A DNA stretch of 64,000 nucleotides from an uncultured Acidimicrobiaceae bacterium (GCA_963782415.1 CAWAJT010000008.1:67105-131104); one strand, 5' to 3'. Shown: positions 37,228-46,994, counted from the stretch's first letter. Translations and numbers: made by a program. Notes: generated by a model not told the origin, from the sequence alone.

Positions 37228-37893
37228 GTGCTGCTCGACCTGTTTCTCATCGGGCTCGTGGTCACCCTCGAGCCGATCCCGATCACCGCAATGATCCTGC
37301 TGTTGGCGGCCGAGGGCGGCCTTCTGAAGGGACTGGGATACGTCATCGGTTGGCTGGTCACGCTCGTCGCGATCGTGGCGCTGACGATCGTGGTCACTGG
37401 CGGGAAACCGCTCATTCCGAACAGCAACCCGTCGACCGGCGCGCTGGCGCTGAAGCTGGCCATCGGCGTGGTCCTGGTGGTCATCGCCTACCACCGCTGG
37501 GGTAGCCGGGAGTCGGCGCAGCCGAAGAAGCCGAAGAATCAGCCCAAGTGGATGACAGGCCTCGACCGGGTCAACCCGCTGACGGCAGCGGGGCTTGGAT
37601 TTTTGCTGCAGCCCTGGGTCCTGGTCACCGCCGGCGTGGCCGACATCACCACGGCCAAGGTCTCGTCGACAATCGAATACATCGCCGTATTCGCGTTCTG
37701 CCTCCTGTGCTCCGCGTCCCTGCTCACCATGGAGACGTACGCCGCGTTGCGACCGGCCAAGGTGCAGGGCGCGCTCGACGCCCTGCTGCAGTGGATCACC
37801 TCGCACCGGGACCAGGTCATTGTGTTCCTGTCGCTCGGACTGGGCCTCTACCTCATGGCGAAGAGCATCTACGGTCTCGTGAACGGGCAATAG
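37228..37893 (+). CDS. GAP-family (Sap/DUF2910) membrane protein
   Basis: MLLDLFLIGLVVTLEPIPITAMILLL... N-terminus typical of the actinobacterial GAP family; six TM helices. GTG 37228. Confidence 0.65.
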   Translation: MLLDLFLIGLVVTLEPIPITAMILLLAAEGGLLKGLGYVIGWLVTLVAIVALTIVVTGGKPLIPNSNPSTGALALKLAIGVVLVVIAYHRWGSRESAQPKKPKNQPKWMTGLDRVNPLTAAGLGFLLQPWVLVTAGVADITTAKVSSTIEYIAVFAFCLLCSASLLTMETYAALRPAKVQGALDALLQWITSHRDQVIVFLSLGLGLYLMAKSIYGLVNGQ

Positions 37894-38012
37894 CCGGCCG
37901 GTCGGATAGAACCGAGCGCGATGTGGGCGCGCCCCGTCGGCCTGTCCCGCGGTGCGGCATCCACCCGGCTCCCGGCGTCGGCCATTAGCGTTACTCGGCG
38001 GAGGTGCAGCCA

Positions 38013-38243
38013 ATGTTCGCGTACACGTGGCCGCTGCTGAGCCTGTTCTGGACATTCCTGATGTTCGCCGGGATCTTCTTGTTGGTCTTCTTCGTCATCT
38101 GGTGCTTCATCGACAACTTCCGCCGGCGCGACCATCACGGCCTCGCCAAGGGCGGGTGGACCGTCCTGATTCTTCTGGTGCCCTTCGTCGGCGCGTTGAT
38201 CTACATCATCGCCCGGCCACCGGACGCCCGACTGGCTGCCTGA
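38013..38243 (+). CDS. small PLDc_N-domain membrane protein (76 aa)
   Basis: Two TM helices with WCFIDNFRRRDHHGLAKGGWTVLILLVPFVGALIYIIARP; GGAGGTG RBS before ATG 38013. Confidence 0.65.
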   Translation: MFAYTWPLLSLFWTFLMFAGIFLLVFFVIWCFIDNFRRRDHHGLAKGGWTVLILLVPFVGALIYIIARPPDARLAA

Positions 38244-38399
38244 GGGGCGCCTCGGAACTCGCCCCGCTCCAACCGCCCCTACGATCGTTTGGGCAACCCA
38301 GGGGTGTCGCATCCCGGCTGTGGGAGGGCGGAAACGAGAGTTTCGCAATTGCCGCACAATCGCTATGGTTTTCGTTCTCAAGGACTCGCAGGAGCCGGC

Positions 38400-38591
38400 A
38401 TGCAGAACCACTTTCCGAAAATCGCGCAGTGTCCTGACCGGACATGGGTGGTCGAGTGCGTGCAATGCCGCAACGACCGGGCGTCGACGGTTCCGATCGG
38501 CATCGGCATGCCGCTCAAAGACCGCGAGACGGCAGAGCGCCTCCGCGACAACCACGCGGCGCGGCCGGTGCGGGCCGCTGCCGCGTCGTAG
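38400..38591 (+). CDS. small hypothetical protein (63 aa) with a C-x8-C-x2-C motif
   Basis: ATG 38400 after GGAG, immediately upstream of the DUF302 gene; no family recognised. Confidence 0.25.
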   Translation: MQNHFPKIAQCPDRTWVVECVQCRNDRASTVPIGIGMPLKDRETAERLRDNHAARPVRAAAAS

Positions 38592-38637
38592 ATCGATTCC
38601 CGCCGCCGACGCCGGTCACGGCGCCCGCGCCGCCGGC

Positions 38638-39012
38638 GTGACGACCAAGACGAGCGCCCGCTCCGTGACGGACACGGTGGGCCGGCTGTTGGAGATGCTC
38701 GACACCAAGGGCCTCAAAGTGTTCGCGGTGATCGACCAACAGGCCGAAGCGCGTGCCGTCGGGCTCGAGCTCCGGGAGACGACGCTGGTCGTCTTCGGAA
38801 ACCCGACCGCCGGCACCGGCGTCATGGCCGCCGCACCGCTTGCCGCGCTCGACCTGCCCCTCAAGGTGCTCGTCTGGTCGGGAGCAGGCCAGGGCACCCA
38901 GGTCAGCTACACCGATCCGGCCGCGCTGGGCGCCCGCTACGGCTTGAGCCCCGAGTTGCTGCCGGCACTTGAAGCGATCAACGGGTTGACGGACGCGCTC
39001 GTGGGGGCCTGA
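38638..39012 (+). CDS. DUF302 domain protein
   Basis: DUF302 pattern (LKVFAVIDQQAEARAVGLELRETTLVVFGNPTAGTGVMAAAPLAALDLPLKVLVW). GTG 38638; the ORF-track N-terminal extension is junk. Confidence 0.65.
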   Translation: MTTKTSARSVTDTVGRLLEMLDTKGLKVFAVIDQQAEARAVGLELRETTLVVFGNPTAGTGVMAAAPLAALDLPLKVLVWSGAGQGTQVSYTDPAALGARYGLSPELLPALEAINGLTDALVGA

Positions 39013-39274
39013 GGCGCTGTAATACGTCTGGTCTGTGCGGTCAGCGGAGCAGTGGAACCCGAGAGACGCACGCCAGCTCGAGGTGTTCGCTCGGCCGCCC
39101 CGGACGCAGCCGTTGCACCTGCTCGGGCAGGAAGTCGACTGAGGAGTCCTGGAACGGCTCGCCGTCGAAACTGGGCCGTCGGCCGAGCGCCAGCAGGGTG
39201 ACGTCGGGTCGCAGGCCGTCGAAGATGCCGCGCCGGTAGCCGGAGCTCCCGTGCTCAGGACCGAGCCGCCGTCG

Positions 39275-40264
39275 TCACGGGCAGAGAGGCACCCTTCGCC
39301 ACGACGCCTTCATCGCGTCTGCTGTTCGGCCATCTCGGACGGGTGCCCCACGAGCTTGGCGGAGAACTTGACCGCCTTGACCGCACTCGTCGCTCCGGTC
39401 TGCAGGGTCACTCCGATGATGATGAAGACCACGCCGAGCCAGAAGACGTAGGGCCACCCCAGCATCAAGATCCCGAGCCGGCCCAACATGTAGGGCGGGG
39501 AGCAAACCACGGCACCGAGGGCGCCACCGACCGCGGTCGCGGCCAGCGCATCGCGGCGCGACTGCTTCTTCTTTTCGACGCCGACGATGCGCGCCGGGAC
39601 GGCGAGGTAGCACAGCATCATGATGCCGACGACGATGCTCTGACTGATGACGAACGGCCAATGGCCCCGAGCGCGTCGCGATCAGCGCCGAGAACGCGAG
39701 GGTGAGGCCGATGGCGCATCCCCAGGACAAGATGACACGCAGGTGCTGGTTGGCCCGGCCGAAGGCAGGGTGGATCTGGGGCTTCCCCGGCACCGAGATG
39801 GCGAACGCGAACACGCCATTCAGGTAGAAGCTGGCCGCGGTGAGCGCAGTCACTCCGAGCACGCACGGGATCAGCAGCGGGCCCCGGATGACATGGAACT
39901 GTCGGCCGTGCAGGACGTGGACCTTGATGTCGAGCATGGCCACCCAGATCCACATGGCCGGCACGATCTGGACCAGGGTGAGCCGCCAATTCGTGTAGAG
40001 CAACTTGACGCCCTGGAACAGCATGAGAAAGGCACCGACGATCAGGCCCAACGGGGCGAGCCAACGCCGGCGCGCGCTCAGCTGGAGCACCGCATTCTCC
40101 ACGGCGGAGTCGTCACCGCGCCGGATGGCGTCGATCAGCCGGCCGATGGAGGCCGTGACGCGGTCGCGGCGTCGGAGAGCGGTGTGGGTGGCAACATCCG
40201 GTCCGGTGGACGCCGACGAGCCGGAGGCGTCTGCTGCTCCCCGTTCGTCATTGTCCGCGGTCAC
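39275..40264 (-). CDS. hypothetical polytopic membrane protein; 1-nt frameshift near 39662
   Basis: N-terminal 200 aa in frame 39275..40264 (TM helices) and the C-terminus in frame 39310..39621 (MMLCYLAVPARIV...); the junction is ctcggggccattggccgttcgtc. Confidence 0.5.
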   Translation of the reverse strand: MTADNDERGAADASGSSASTGPDVATHTALRRRDRVTASIGRLIDAIRRGDDSAVENAVLQLSARRRWLAPLGLIVGAFLMLFQGVKLLYTNWRLTLVQIVPAMWIWVAMLDIKVHVLHGRQFHVIRGPLLIPCVLGVTALTAASFYLNGVFAFAISVPGKPQIHPAFGRANQHLRVILSWGCAIGLTLAFSALIATRSGPLAVRHQSEHRRRHHDAVLPRRPGAHRRRRKEEAVAPRCAGRDRGRWRPRCRGLLPALHVGPARDLDAGVALRLLARRGLHHHRSDPADRSDECGQGGQVLRQARGAPVRDGRTADAMKASWRRVPLCP

Positions 40265-40528
40265 GTGTTGCCCTTCGTCTGGCCCACCTCACCGGCCGCG
40301 CCTCGTGGGTGCTGGCGCAGTCTGCCTGCGGCGGCACCACGGGTCGTATTGGTCATTGTGACGCCGGACCGAAGGTGTGGGAAGGAGCAGAGGCTATCTG
40401 GCCGGATTGCGAGGCCCGGCTCGCCGTCGCCCAAAGGGCCGATGAGGCCGGTGAGCCACTGGCCTCCGAGTCGTCGTAGCCTCGGGCCGGGATGATGACG
40501 CCGCAGCGCGTCGGAGGAGGTGGCCGAA

Positions 40529-41989
40529 ATGGTTGAAGAAGAGGGGATCAAGTTGGCAGAGCGCCCCGTCTCGATCGTCCCGCACATGACCGAAGCGGAG
40601 TGCAGGGCGAAGGGCAAGGCGGCCCGGGCCCGGGTGCCCCGGAACAGTCATGCCGTCTTCGCGGCCTCATCGGATCGACCAGACCCCGTCTCGCTTCTGG
40701 AGGAGCAGGCCACCTCGAGGGTGCAGGAACTGGTGCCGATCCGCTACGGCCGCATGCTCGCCTCGCCGTTCGCATTCTTCCGCGGGGCGGCACTGATCAT
40801 GGCGTCGGACCTCTCCACGACCCCCGACTGCGGGCTCACCGCACAGCTCTGCGGCGACGCGCACCTGTCCAACTTCGGCGTGTTCGGGTCACCCGAGCGA
40901 CAGCTCGTCTTCGATTGCAACGACTTCGACGAGACGCTTCCCGGGCCTTGGGAATGGGACGTCAAGCGCCTGGCTGCGAGCGTCGTGATCGCCGGGCGGC
41001 ACCGTGGCCACTCCAAGTCGCTGCGCGCCGACGCCATCGTGGCCCTGGGCAAGGCCTACCGCGAGTCGATGCGCATGATGGCCAGCATGTCGAACCTGGA
41101 CGTCTGGTATCTCCATGTCGGTGTCCAGGATGTCGTGGCCGGGCTGGAGGCCCAAGCGGCAGCGTCTGGGTCGAAGACGGAGGCGCGCATGGCGGCCAGA
41201 GCGACGAGGCTCGTTGAGAAGGCGCGGACCAAGGACAGCATGAAGGCACTCGACAAGTTGACCCACGTGGTCGACGGAGAACGCGTCATCATCAGCGACC
41301 CCCCGCTCCTCGTCCCCGTCGACGAACTGTTCCCCGAGGTCGTGTTCGAACAGGTCGAGGAGATGTTCCGCGACATCCTGCGTCGCTACCGCCAGAGCCT
41401 CTCGACCGATCGGCGGCATCTGCTGGAGCAATACCGCTTCAGCCAGATGGCCCGCAAGGTGGTTGGCGTCGGCAGTGTCGGGACGCGGGCCTGGGTGCTG
41501 CTGCTCCACGGGGCGAGCCAAGAAGACGTCTTGTTCTTGCAGGCCAAAGAAGCGCAGGCATCCGTGCTGGAACGGTTCACGAAAAAGAGCCACTACGGCA
41601 ACCATGGGGCACGGGTGGTCGCCGGGCAGCGCGTGATGCAGGCCAGCAGCGACATCTTCCTCGGCTGGCAGCGCGCCGATGGTATCGACGGGGTCGCCCG
41701 CGATTACTACGTACGCCAGCTGCAGGACTGGAAGGGATCCCTCGACATCGAGACCATGGTGCCGCGGGGCCTGGAGGCATACGGCAAGCTCTGCGCCCTC
41801 ACCTTGGCGCGGGCGCACGCCCGTTCGGGCGATCGCTTCGCCATGGCGGCCTACCTCGGCGCCAGCACCACCTTCGAAAAGGCGCTGGCCAAGTTCGCCG
41901 AGTCCTATGCGGACCAGAACGAACGGGATTACGAGGCGTTCGCCGCAGCGTGTGCGAGTGGCCGGCTGCACGCCGAAGTGGGCCTCTGA
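40529..41989 (+). CDS. DUF2252 domain protein
   Basis: LVPIRYGRMLASPFAFFRGAALIMASDL...; about 487 aa. GGAGGAGG RBS 9 nt before ATG 40529. Confidence 0.6.
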   Translation: MVEEEGIKLAERPVSIVPHMTEAECRAKGKAARARVPRNSHAVFAASSDRPDPVSLLEEQATSRVQELVPIRYGRMLASPFAFFRGAALIMASDLSTTPDCGLTAQLCGDAHLSNFGVFGSPERQLVFDCNDFDETLPGPWEWDVKRLAASVVIAGRHRGHSKSLRADAIVALGKAYRESMRMMASMSNLDVWYLHVGVQDVVAGLEAQAAASGSKTEARMAARATRLVEKARTKDSMKALDKLTHVVDGERVIISDPPLLVPVDELFPEVVFEQVEEMFRDILRRYRQSLSTDRRHLLEQYRFSQMARKVVGVGSVGTRAWVLLLHGASQEDVLFLQAKEAQASVLERFTKKSHYGNHGARVVAGQRVMQASSDIFLGWQRADGIDGVARDYYVRQLQDWKGSLDIETMVPRGLEAYGKLCALTLARAHARSGDRFAMAAYLGASTTFEKALAKFAESYADQNERDYEAFAAACASGRLHAEVGL

Positions 41990-42191
41990 GCTGGCGGCTG
42001 GCCGGGACCTGATCACGGGAGTGTCATGAGCCCGTGCCCTTGGGTGTTCCCGGTGCCGGGTCGGGGCCGATCCATCGACTCCCTTGCCCGTACCCCAGTT
42101 GCGCAAAGTGTGCGATGCTGGGACGCCACATGAACCAGGCCCGGCGCGTGCGGGCGATTACCATCGAGACGTAAGGACGTAAGGAGTCCCC

Positions 42192-42599
42192 ATGCTTGCT
42201 GCGACGTATCAATACCCGATCCTGGATTTCTTCTTGACGATGCTGTACTTCTTCCTCTTCGTCATCTGGATCTGGTTGCTGATCACGGTGTTCATCGACA
42301 TCTTCCGCAGCCACGACCTGGGCGGCTGGGCCAAGGCGCTCTGGGTGATCTTCATCATCATCCTGCCCTTCCTCGGCGTCTTCGTGTACCTCATCGCCCG
42401 TGGCGGCAAGATGCACGAGCGGGCGGCGCAGCAGGCGGCACAGCAGCAGAAGGCCTTCGACGACTACGTCAAGCAGGCGGCCGGCAGCGCATCGGACACC
42501 ACGGCCGACCAGCTCTCGAGGCTGGCCGACCTCAAGTCCCAGGGCGTGCTGACCGATGCCGAGTTCGAGGCGCAGAAATCCAAGATCCTGGCCAGCTGA
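42192..42599 (+). CDS. PLDc_N + SHOCT small membrane protein (paralog of 33591..33992)
   Basis: About 75% aa and 88-90% nt identity to the 33591 gene; AAGGAG RBS. Confidence 0.8.
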   Translation: MLAATYQYPILDFFLTMLYFFLFVIWIWLLITVFIDIFRSHDLGGWAKALWVIFIIILPFLGVFVYLIARGGKMHERAAQQAAQQQKAFDDYVKQAAGSASDTTADQLSRLADLKSQGVLTDAEFEAQKSKILAS

Positions 42600-42664
42600 T
42601 TGCCACCGGCCGCGCGCCGGCGCAATGAGCCGCAGTCCATCGGCAGAGCAGAAGAGGAGACTCC

Positions 42665-43093
42665 ATGACCATCGGACCAGTCAGCTACACGGTCATTGCC
42701 TTCCCGGGCAACCGCTTCAACGGCAACATCGCGCCGGAGGTGGCGAAGCTGGTGGCGAACGGCACTGTCCGGATCCTCGACCTGGTCTTCGTGGCCAAGG
42801 ACGAGCAGGGTGAAACCATCAGCCTCGAGTTCGATCAGATGGACGAACTGACAGCGTTCGGCGACATCGAAGGCGAGGTCGGTGGGCTCGTGAACATGGA
42901 GGACCTGGACCATGTGGCGGCCAACTTGCCCGAGGGCAATTCCGCTCTGGTGATCCTGTGGGAGGACCTGTGGGCGGTGCCGCTCGTCGAGGCGATGCGC
43001 GAGTCCGGTGGCGTGTTGATCGACAGCGCGCGGATCCCGAACGACCTGATTGAGACGGCACTCGACGACCTGGCTCAGGCCCTCCAGAGTTGA
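42665..43093 (+). CDS. conserved hypothetical protein (DUF6325/DUF1269-like, SHOCT-neighbourhood family)
   Basis: MTIGPVSYTVIAFPGNRFNGNIAPEVAKLVANGTVRILDLVFV...; GAGGAG RBS. Confidence 0.5.
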   Translation: MTIGPVSYTVIAFPGNRFNGNIAPEVAKLVANGTVRILDLVFVAKDEQGETISLEFDQMDELTAFGDIEGEVGGLVNMEDLDHVAANLPEGNSALVILWEDLWAVPLVEAMRESGGVLIDSARIPNDLIETALDDLAQALQS

Positions 43094-43127
43094 GTACAAC
43101 GAGAGCGCAGAGAAAAGGAGCACGATC

Positions 43128-43427
43128 ATGCCCATGATGCGACGACGTCCAGTGATGCGAACGGTGGGGAGGACGGCGGTGATCGCCGGCACCGCCAGCG
43201 TCGTGGCCGGCGGGGTCAACCGGCATCAACAGCAGAAGTACGCGCAGCAAGACGCAGCGTCGCAACAGCAGGCCGCGCCGCCGCCCGCCCCGGCCGGCGT
43301 CGAGGCGCCGAGTTCGGACGATCTCATCAGCAAGCTGAAGGAGCTCGCCAACCTCAAGGACCAGGGCATCCTGACGCAGGCCGAATTCGACGACCAGAAG
43401 GCCAAGATCCTGGCCGAGATGTCCTGA
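43128..43427 (+). CDS. SHOCT-domain protein with one TM helix
   Basis: AAAGGAG RBS. TM helix RTAVIAGTASVVAGGV, a Gln/Ala-rich linker, and the SHOCT motif LANLKDQGILTQAEFDDQKAKILAEM. Confidence 0.7.
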   Translation: MPMMRRRPVMRTVGRTAVIAGTASVVAGGVNRHQQQKYAQQDAASQQQAAPPPAPAGVEAPSSDDLISKLKELANLKDQGILTQAEFDDQKAKILAEMS

Positions 43428-43599
43428 ATCCAGCGGCCCGCGCGGGGCCCGGGCCGCTGCATCGCTGCCGCGCTTTCTTCGGCTCAAAGATGGGTTAGGA
43501 ACGCCCCATTCCCTGAGCTCCCTTTCGAGCCGTACGCCTACAGTCGTGATCGTGCCCTGATCCCGCCGGGGAAGGACGGGCCGGTAACGTAAGCCCGAT

Positions 43600-46218
43600 G
43601 TGGCCGAACGATGCGGCGAAATGTGCTGCCTCTCGCCGCGTTGGCTCGCACCCCGGTTGCGCGTGACTGAAGTATCCGGGCCCGAGGCCACGTCCCGTCC
43701 GCGACACGCGAAGGTCGAACCGGATACCCCTGCGCCAGACCCCGCGAGTTCGTCGCGTGGTCGTTGGTGGTGGGTCCCGGGCGCCATCACGGTCATCACG
43801 ATTGCCAGTGTCATTGCGGTCACGCTGTCGCAGCTCCATCCGGGCATGCTCCTGACCGACACGACGACCACCGGGGGCGATACCGGCGCGCACATCGCAA
43901 TGCCCAAGTTCCTCGAGACATTGATCAGCCACGGTCACCTCACGGGCTGGGACCCCGGCTGGTATGACGGCTTCCCCCTCTACACCTTCTACTTCACGAT
44001 TCCCGATCTCTTCATCGCCATTGGCGGATGGATCATCCCCTATGGCGTCGCCTTCAAAATGGGAACGATCCTTGGCTCGGTGCTGCTCCCCATCTGCGCC
44101 TGGGCTTGTGGCCGGTTCTTCCGATTGCGGGCTCCGCTTCCGACCATCCTGGCGGCCGCCACCCTCCCGTTCCTGTTCGATTACACGTTCACCATTTACG
44201 GCGGGAACCTGTTCTCCACGTTGGCTGGCGAGTACGCGTATTCATTCAGCCTCTCGCTGGCCGTGCTCTTCCTCGGACTCTTCGCCTGCGCAATCAGGGA
44301 GCATCGATACCGCGGATGGACGGCCATCGTGCTCGCCGTCTGCGTGCTGTCGCACATCGTCCCCGGCATGTACGCCCTTGGCGGCGCTGTCATCCTCACG
44401 CTCGTCGAGTTGCTCCCGGCCCGGTGGGGGATCACCGACTCGGGACTGCACGTGTGGCGCGGCGACGCCGCACGGGAGCCCGTGCCCCGGCTGCGCACGC
44501 TGTGGTGGGCCGGTTCCACGGTCGCGATCGGGCTGCTGCTCTCCGGCTGGTGGCTGGCGCCCTTCGGGTTGGAGCACGCGTATTCGTCGTCGATGGGCTA
44601 CACCAACGTCGAGGGCTGGGCGCAGTACTTCCGGGAGGCCGACGCTTGGGCTCTGGTGCTGGCGGGAATCGGCGCCATCACCGCTGTCGTGGTGCGCAGT
44701 CGGTTCGGCATCACCGTCACACTGCTCGGCATCGCATCGGCGGTCGCCACCGCCGTCGATCCGCAGGGGAGCCTCTACAACGTCCGCCTCCTTCCTCTGT
44801 GGTACATCTCCGTGTACTTCATGGCGGCCTGGGGGTTCGGGGCGGTCTGCATCGTCGTGGCGAAAGCCTGGCGCCGGGCCCAGGACAGGCGGTGGGAGGC
44901 CTCCGTCGCGGCGGATCCAGGTCCCTTGGCGCAGGAGTGGCCGCACCCGTTCTCGGAGGAGCCCCGTACAGCCGACCTCGCAGCCGACGACCTCGCAGCC
45001 GACCCCGGCAATGTGATGACGGCGAGGCGCGCGCCGACCCGGCGCTGGAGCCCGGCGGCGGTGAGTGGCGCGATCCTCGGCCTGCTGGCTGCCATGGTTG
45101 TCGTCGTCCCGCCGTTCATCGTCCCTGCGTCAATGCTGCCGGTCACCATCGGGCCTAACGAGGTGACGAACTGGTCGAACTTCAACTACGAGGGTTACGA
45201 GGGGCAGGCGTCCTATCCGGAGTTCAAGACACTCATGCAGACGATGGACTCGGTGGGCAAGCGCTACGGCTGCGGTCGCGCCATGTGGGAATACAGCGCC
45301 AGTGAGAACCGCTTTGGCACCCCCGAGGCGCTGATGCTCTTGCCCTATGAGACCAACGGGTGCGTCGCTTCGATGGAGGGCCTTCTCTTCGAGTCGTCCG
45401 CCACCACCCCGTACCACTTCCTCAACCAGGCTGAGTTGTCAGCGGGCCCGTCAGAGCCCGAGGTCGGGCTCCCCTACGGGTCCCTCGATGTCACGCTCGG
45501 AGTGCAGCATCTGCAGCTTCTCGGCGTGAAGTACTTCATGGCGGAGACGCCGCAGGTCGAGCAGGAGGCCAACGCGGATCCGTCGCTCCAGCTCGTCGCC
45601 AAGACGGGTCCTTGGACGTACAACTACGACGGGACCGACTCGAACACCACGTGGAACATCTACCTCATCAAGGATTCACCACTGGTGACCCCTCTCGTCA
45701 ACGATCCTGTCGTCGTGTCCGGGGTGCAGCCCGACCCGGCGAGCTGGCTCGGGAATGCGACGAAGGAGGGTCCGGCCCTGAGCTGGTACGGCGATCCGGC
45801 CAAGTGGAACGTCGAGCTCGCGCAGGACGGACCGCCGGATTGGCCCCGCACCTCTATCGACCGTCTTGCGCCGACGGTCAAACGCGCCGGGACGACCCAG
45901 GTCAGCGGGGTGACGCACACCGACTCGTCCATCAGCTTCCACGTGTCGAAGGTGGGGACGCCGGTGCTGGTCAAGGTCTCGTACTTCCCCAACTGGCAGG
46001 CCGACGGAGCGAACGGGCCGTGGCGTGTCACCCCGAACCTCATGGTCGTTGTCCCGACCAGCCACGACGTGACGCTGACCTACGGGTCTTCGAGTGCGGA
46101 CTACCTCGGGTTGTTCGCCACGCTGCTCGGTGTCGGCGGCCTCGTGTGGCTGTGCGTCGTGCCGGCGTTCCGCCGGCGCTTTCGGGACGCCCCCCGGAGC
46201 GGGCCCGACCCGCGCTGA
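43600..46218 (+). CDS. large polytopic membrane protein with a C-terminal extracytoplasmic domain (GT-C-like glycosyltransferase fold; YfhO/DUF2298/PTPS-related-like)
   Basis: About 12 N-terminal TM helices, then a ~350-aa soluble domain and a C-terminal TM anchor. The start is uncertain (43600, or a later ATG/GTG). Confidence 0.5.
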   Translation: MAERCGEMCCLSPRWLAPRLRVTEVSGPEATSRPRHAKVEPDTPAPDPASSSRGRWWWVPGAITVITIASVIAVTLSQLHPGMLLTDTTTTGGDTGAHIAMPKFLETLISHGHLTGWDPGWYDGFPLYTFYFTIPDLFIAIGGWIIPYGVAFKMGTILGSVLLPICAWACGRFFRLRAPLPTILAAATLPFLFDYTFTIYGGNLFSTLAGEYAYSFSLSLAVLFLGLFACAIREHRYRGWTAIVLAVCVLSHIVPGMYALGGAVILTLVELLPARWGITDSGLHVWRGDAAREPVPRLRTLWWAGSTVAIGLLLSGWWLAPFGLEHAYSSSMGYTNVEGWAQYFREADAWALVLAGIGAITAVVVRSRFGITVTLLGIASAVATAVDPQGSLYNVRLLPLWYISVYFMAAWGFGAVCIVVAKAWRRAQDRRWEASVAADPGPLAQEWPHPFSEEPRTADLAADDLAADPGNVMTARRAPTRRWSPAAVSGAILGLLAAMVVVVPPFIVPASMLPVTIGPNEVTNWSNFNYEGYEGQASYPEFKTLMQTMDSVGKRYGCGRAMWEYSASENRFGTPEALMLLPYETNGCVASMEGLLFESSATTPYHFLNQAELSAGPSEPEVGLPYGSLDVTLGVQHLQLLGVKYFMAETPQVEQEANADPSLQLVAKTGPWTYNYDGTDSNTTWNIYLIKDSPLVTPLVNDPVVVSGVQPDPASWLGNATKEGPALSWYGDPAKWNVELAQDGPPDWPRTSIDRLAPTVKRAGTTQVSGVTHTDSSISFHVSKVGTPVLVKVSYFPNWQADGANGPWRVTPNLMVVVPTSHDVTLTYGSSSADYLGLFATLLGVGGLVWLCVVPAFRRRFRDAPRSGPDPR

Positions 46219-46341
46219 GCCCGAGGACGCGGCAACACCCCACGGTCCGAGACGTGGCGCGCCCGAGCCCATGGGCGAGGGCGGATCGGTCGAGCACTGA
46301 CCAGAGCACGCGCCCTCAGGCGCCGCCTCGGTAGACAGAAA

Positions 46342-46365
46342 GGACAGAAAGTGTCTAAAATGTCC
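46342..46365. promoter_or_regulatory. imperfect palindrome GGACAgaaagtgtctaaaaTGTCC in the AT-richer promoter of the tetR-P450 operon
   Basis: GACA/TGTC arms and direct GACAGAAAG repeats 6-30 bp upstream of the tetR ATG. Confidence 0.35.
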
Positions 46366-46370
46366 GTTGG

Positions 46371-46994
46371 ATGACGGCGACGTTGCAGGACATCGACTCC
46401 GGTTCCGCCCACCGCGCCAGTCCCACCAGCTCCTTCGGTCCGACCGAGGAACGGATCCTGGTCGCAGGTCTCGGCCTCATCGGACGCCGTGGGGTGCGTC
46501 GCCTCGGCATGCGCGAGATCGCCGAGAGCGCCGGCGTGTCGAGGGGGACCCTGTACCGCTACTTCCCCAGCAAGGAGCACGTCCTCGCTGCGGCAGCCGC
46601 CTACGACTCGCAGCGCTTCTCCGACGGGCTCGACCTGGTCCTGACCGCAGCGCGGTCGCCCGAAGACAGGATCACCGCCTTCATGGCCTACGCCTTCGAC
46701 TTCATCCGGACCCATCCGTGCCGTCCCCTCTTCGAGTCGGAGTCCGGGTTCGTCTTGAGCTACCTGCTCGACCACCTGCCGGCGCTGCACGGCGAGTTGG
46801 TCGAGCGGCTGGGGGATGCACTCGACGCGGTACCTGCCGTCGCGGCCGGCACGTTGAGCCGGGATCAACTGGCCGACGTCATCGTTCGCCTCTTCGCCTC
46901 GAGCTGGATCATTCCCGAGACCGACGATGCCTCACTCGTGCAAGCAGTCAACCGCATCCTGCAGATCAATTCGGAGGAATCAAATGGCAAGTGA
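46371..46994 (+). CDS. TetR-family transcriptional regulator
   Basis: HTH (MREIAESAGVSRGTLYRYFPSKEHVL). Confidence 0.85.
   Translation: MTATLQDIDSGSAHRASPTSSFGPTEERILVAGLGLIGRRGVRRLGMREIAESAGVSRGTLYRYFPSKEHVLAAAAAYDSQRFSDGLDLVLTAARSPEDRITAFMAYAFDFIRTHPCRPLFESESGFVLSYLLDHLPALHGELVERLGDALDAVPAVAAGTLSRDQLADVIVRLFASSWIIPETDDASLVQAVNRILQINSEESNGK

Noticed and set aside
36793-38055. 420-aa minus-strand ORF
   Set aside because: Antisense to the GAP-family and PLDc_N genes and spanning a tandem-repeat intergenic region; junk composition.
39013-39274. Possible small gene or tRNA in the 260-bp gap after DUF302
   Set aside because: No tRNA-like T-loop or acceptor features were recognised, and all six frames give low-complexity translations with stops. 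It is left as non-coding or a degraded remnant.
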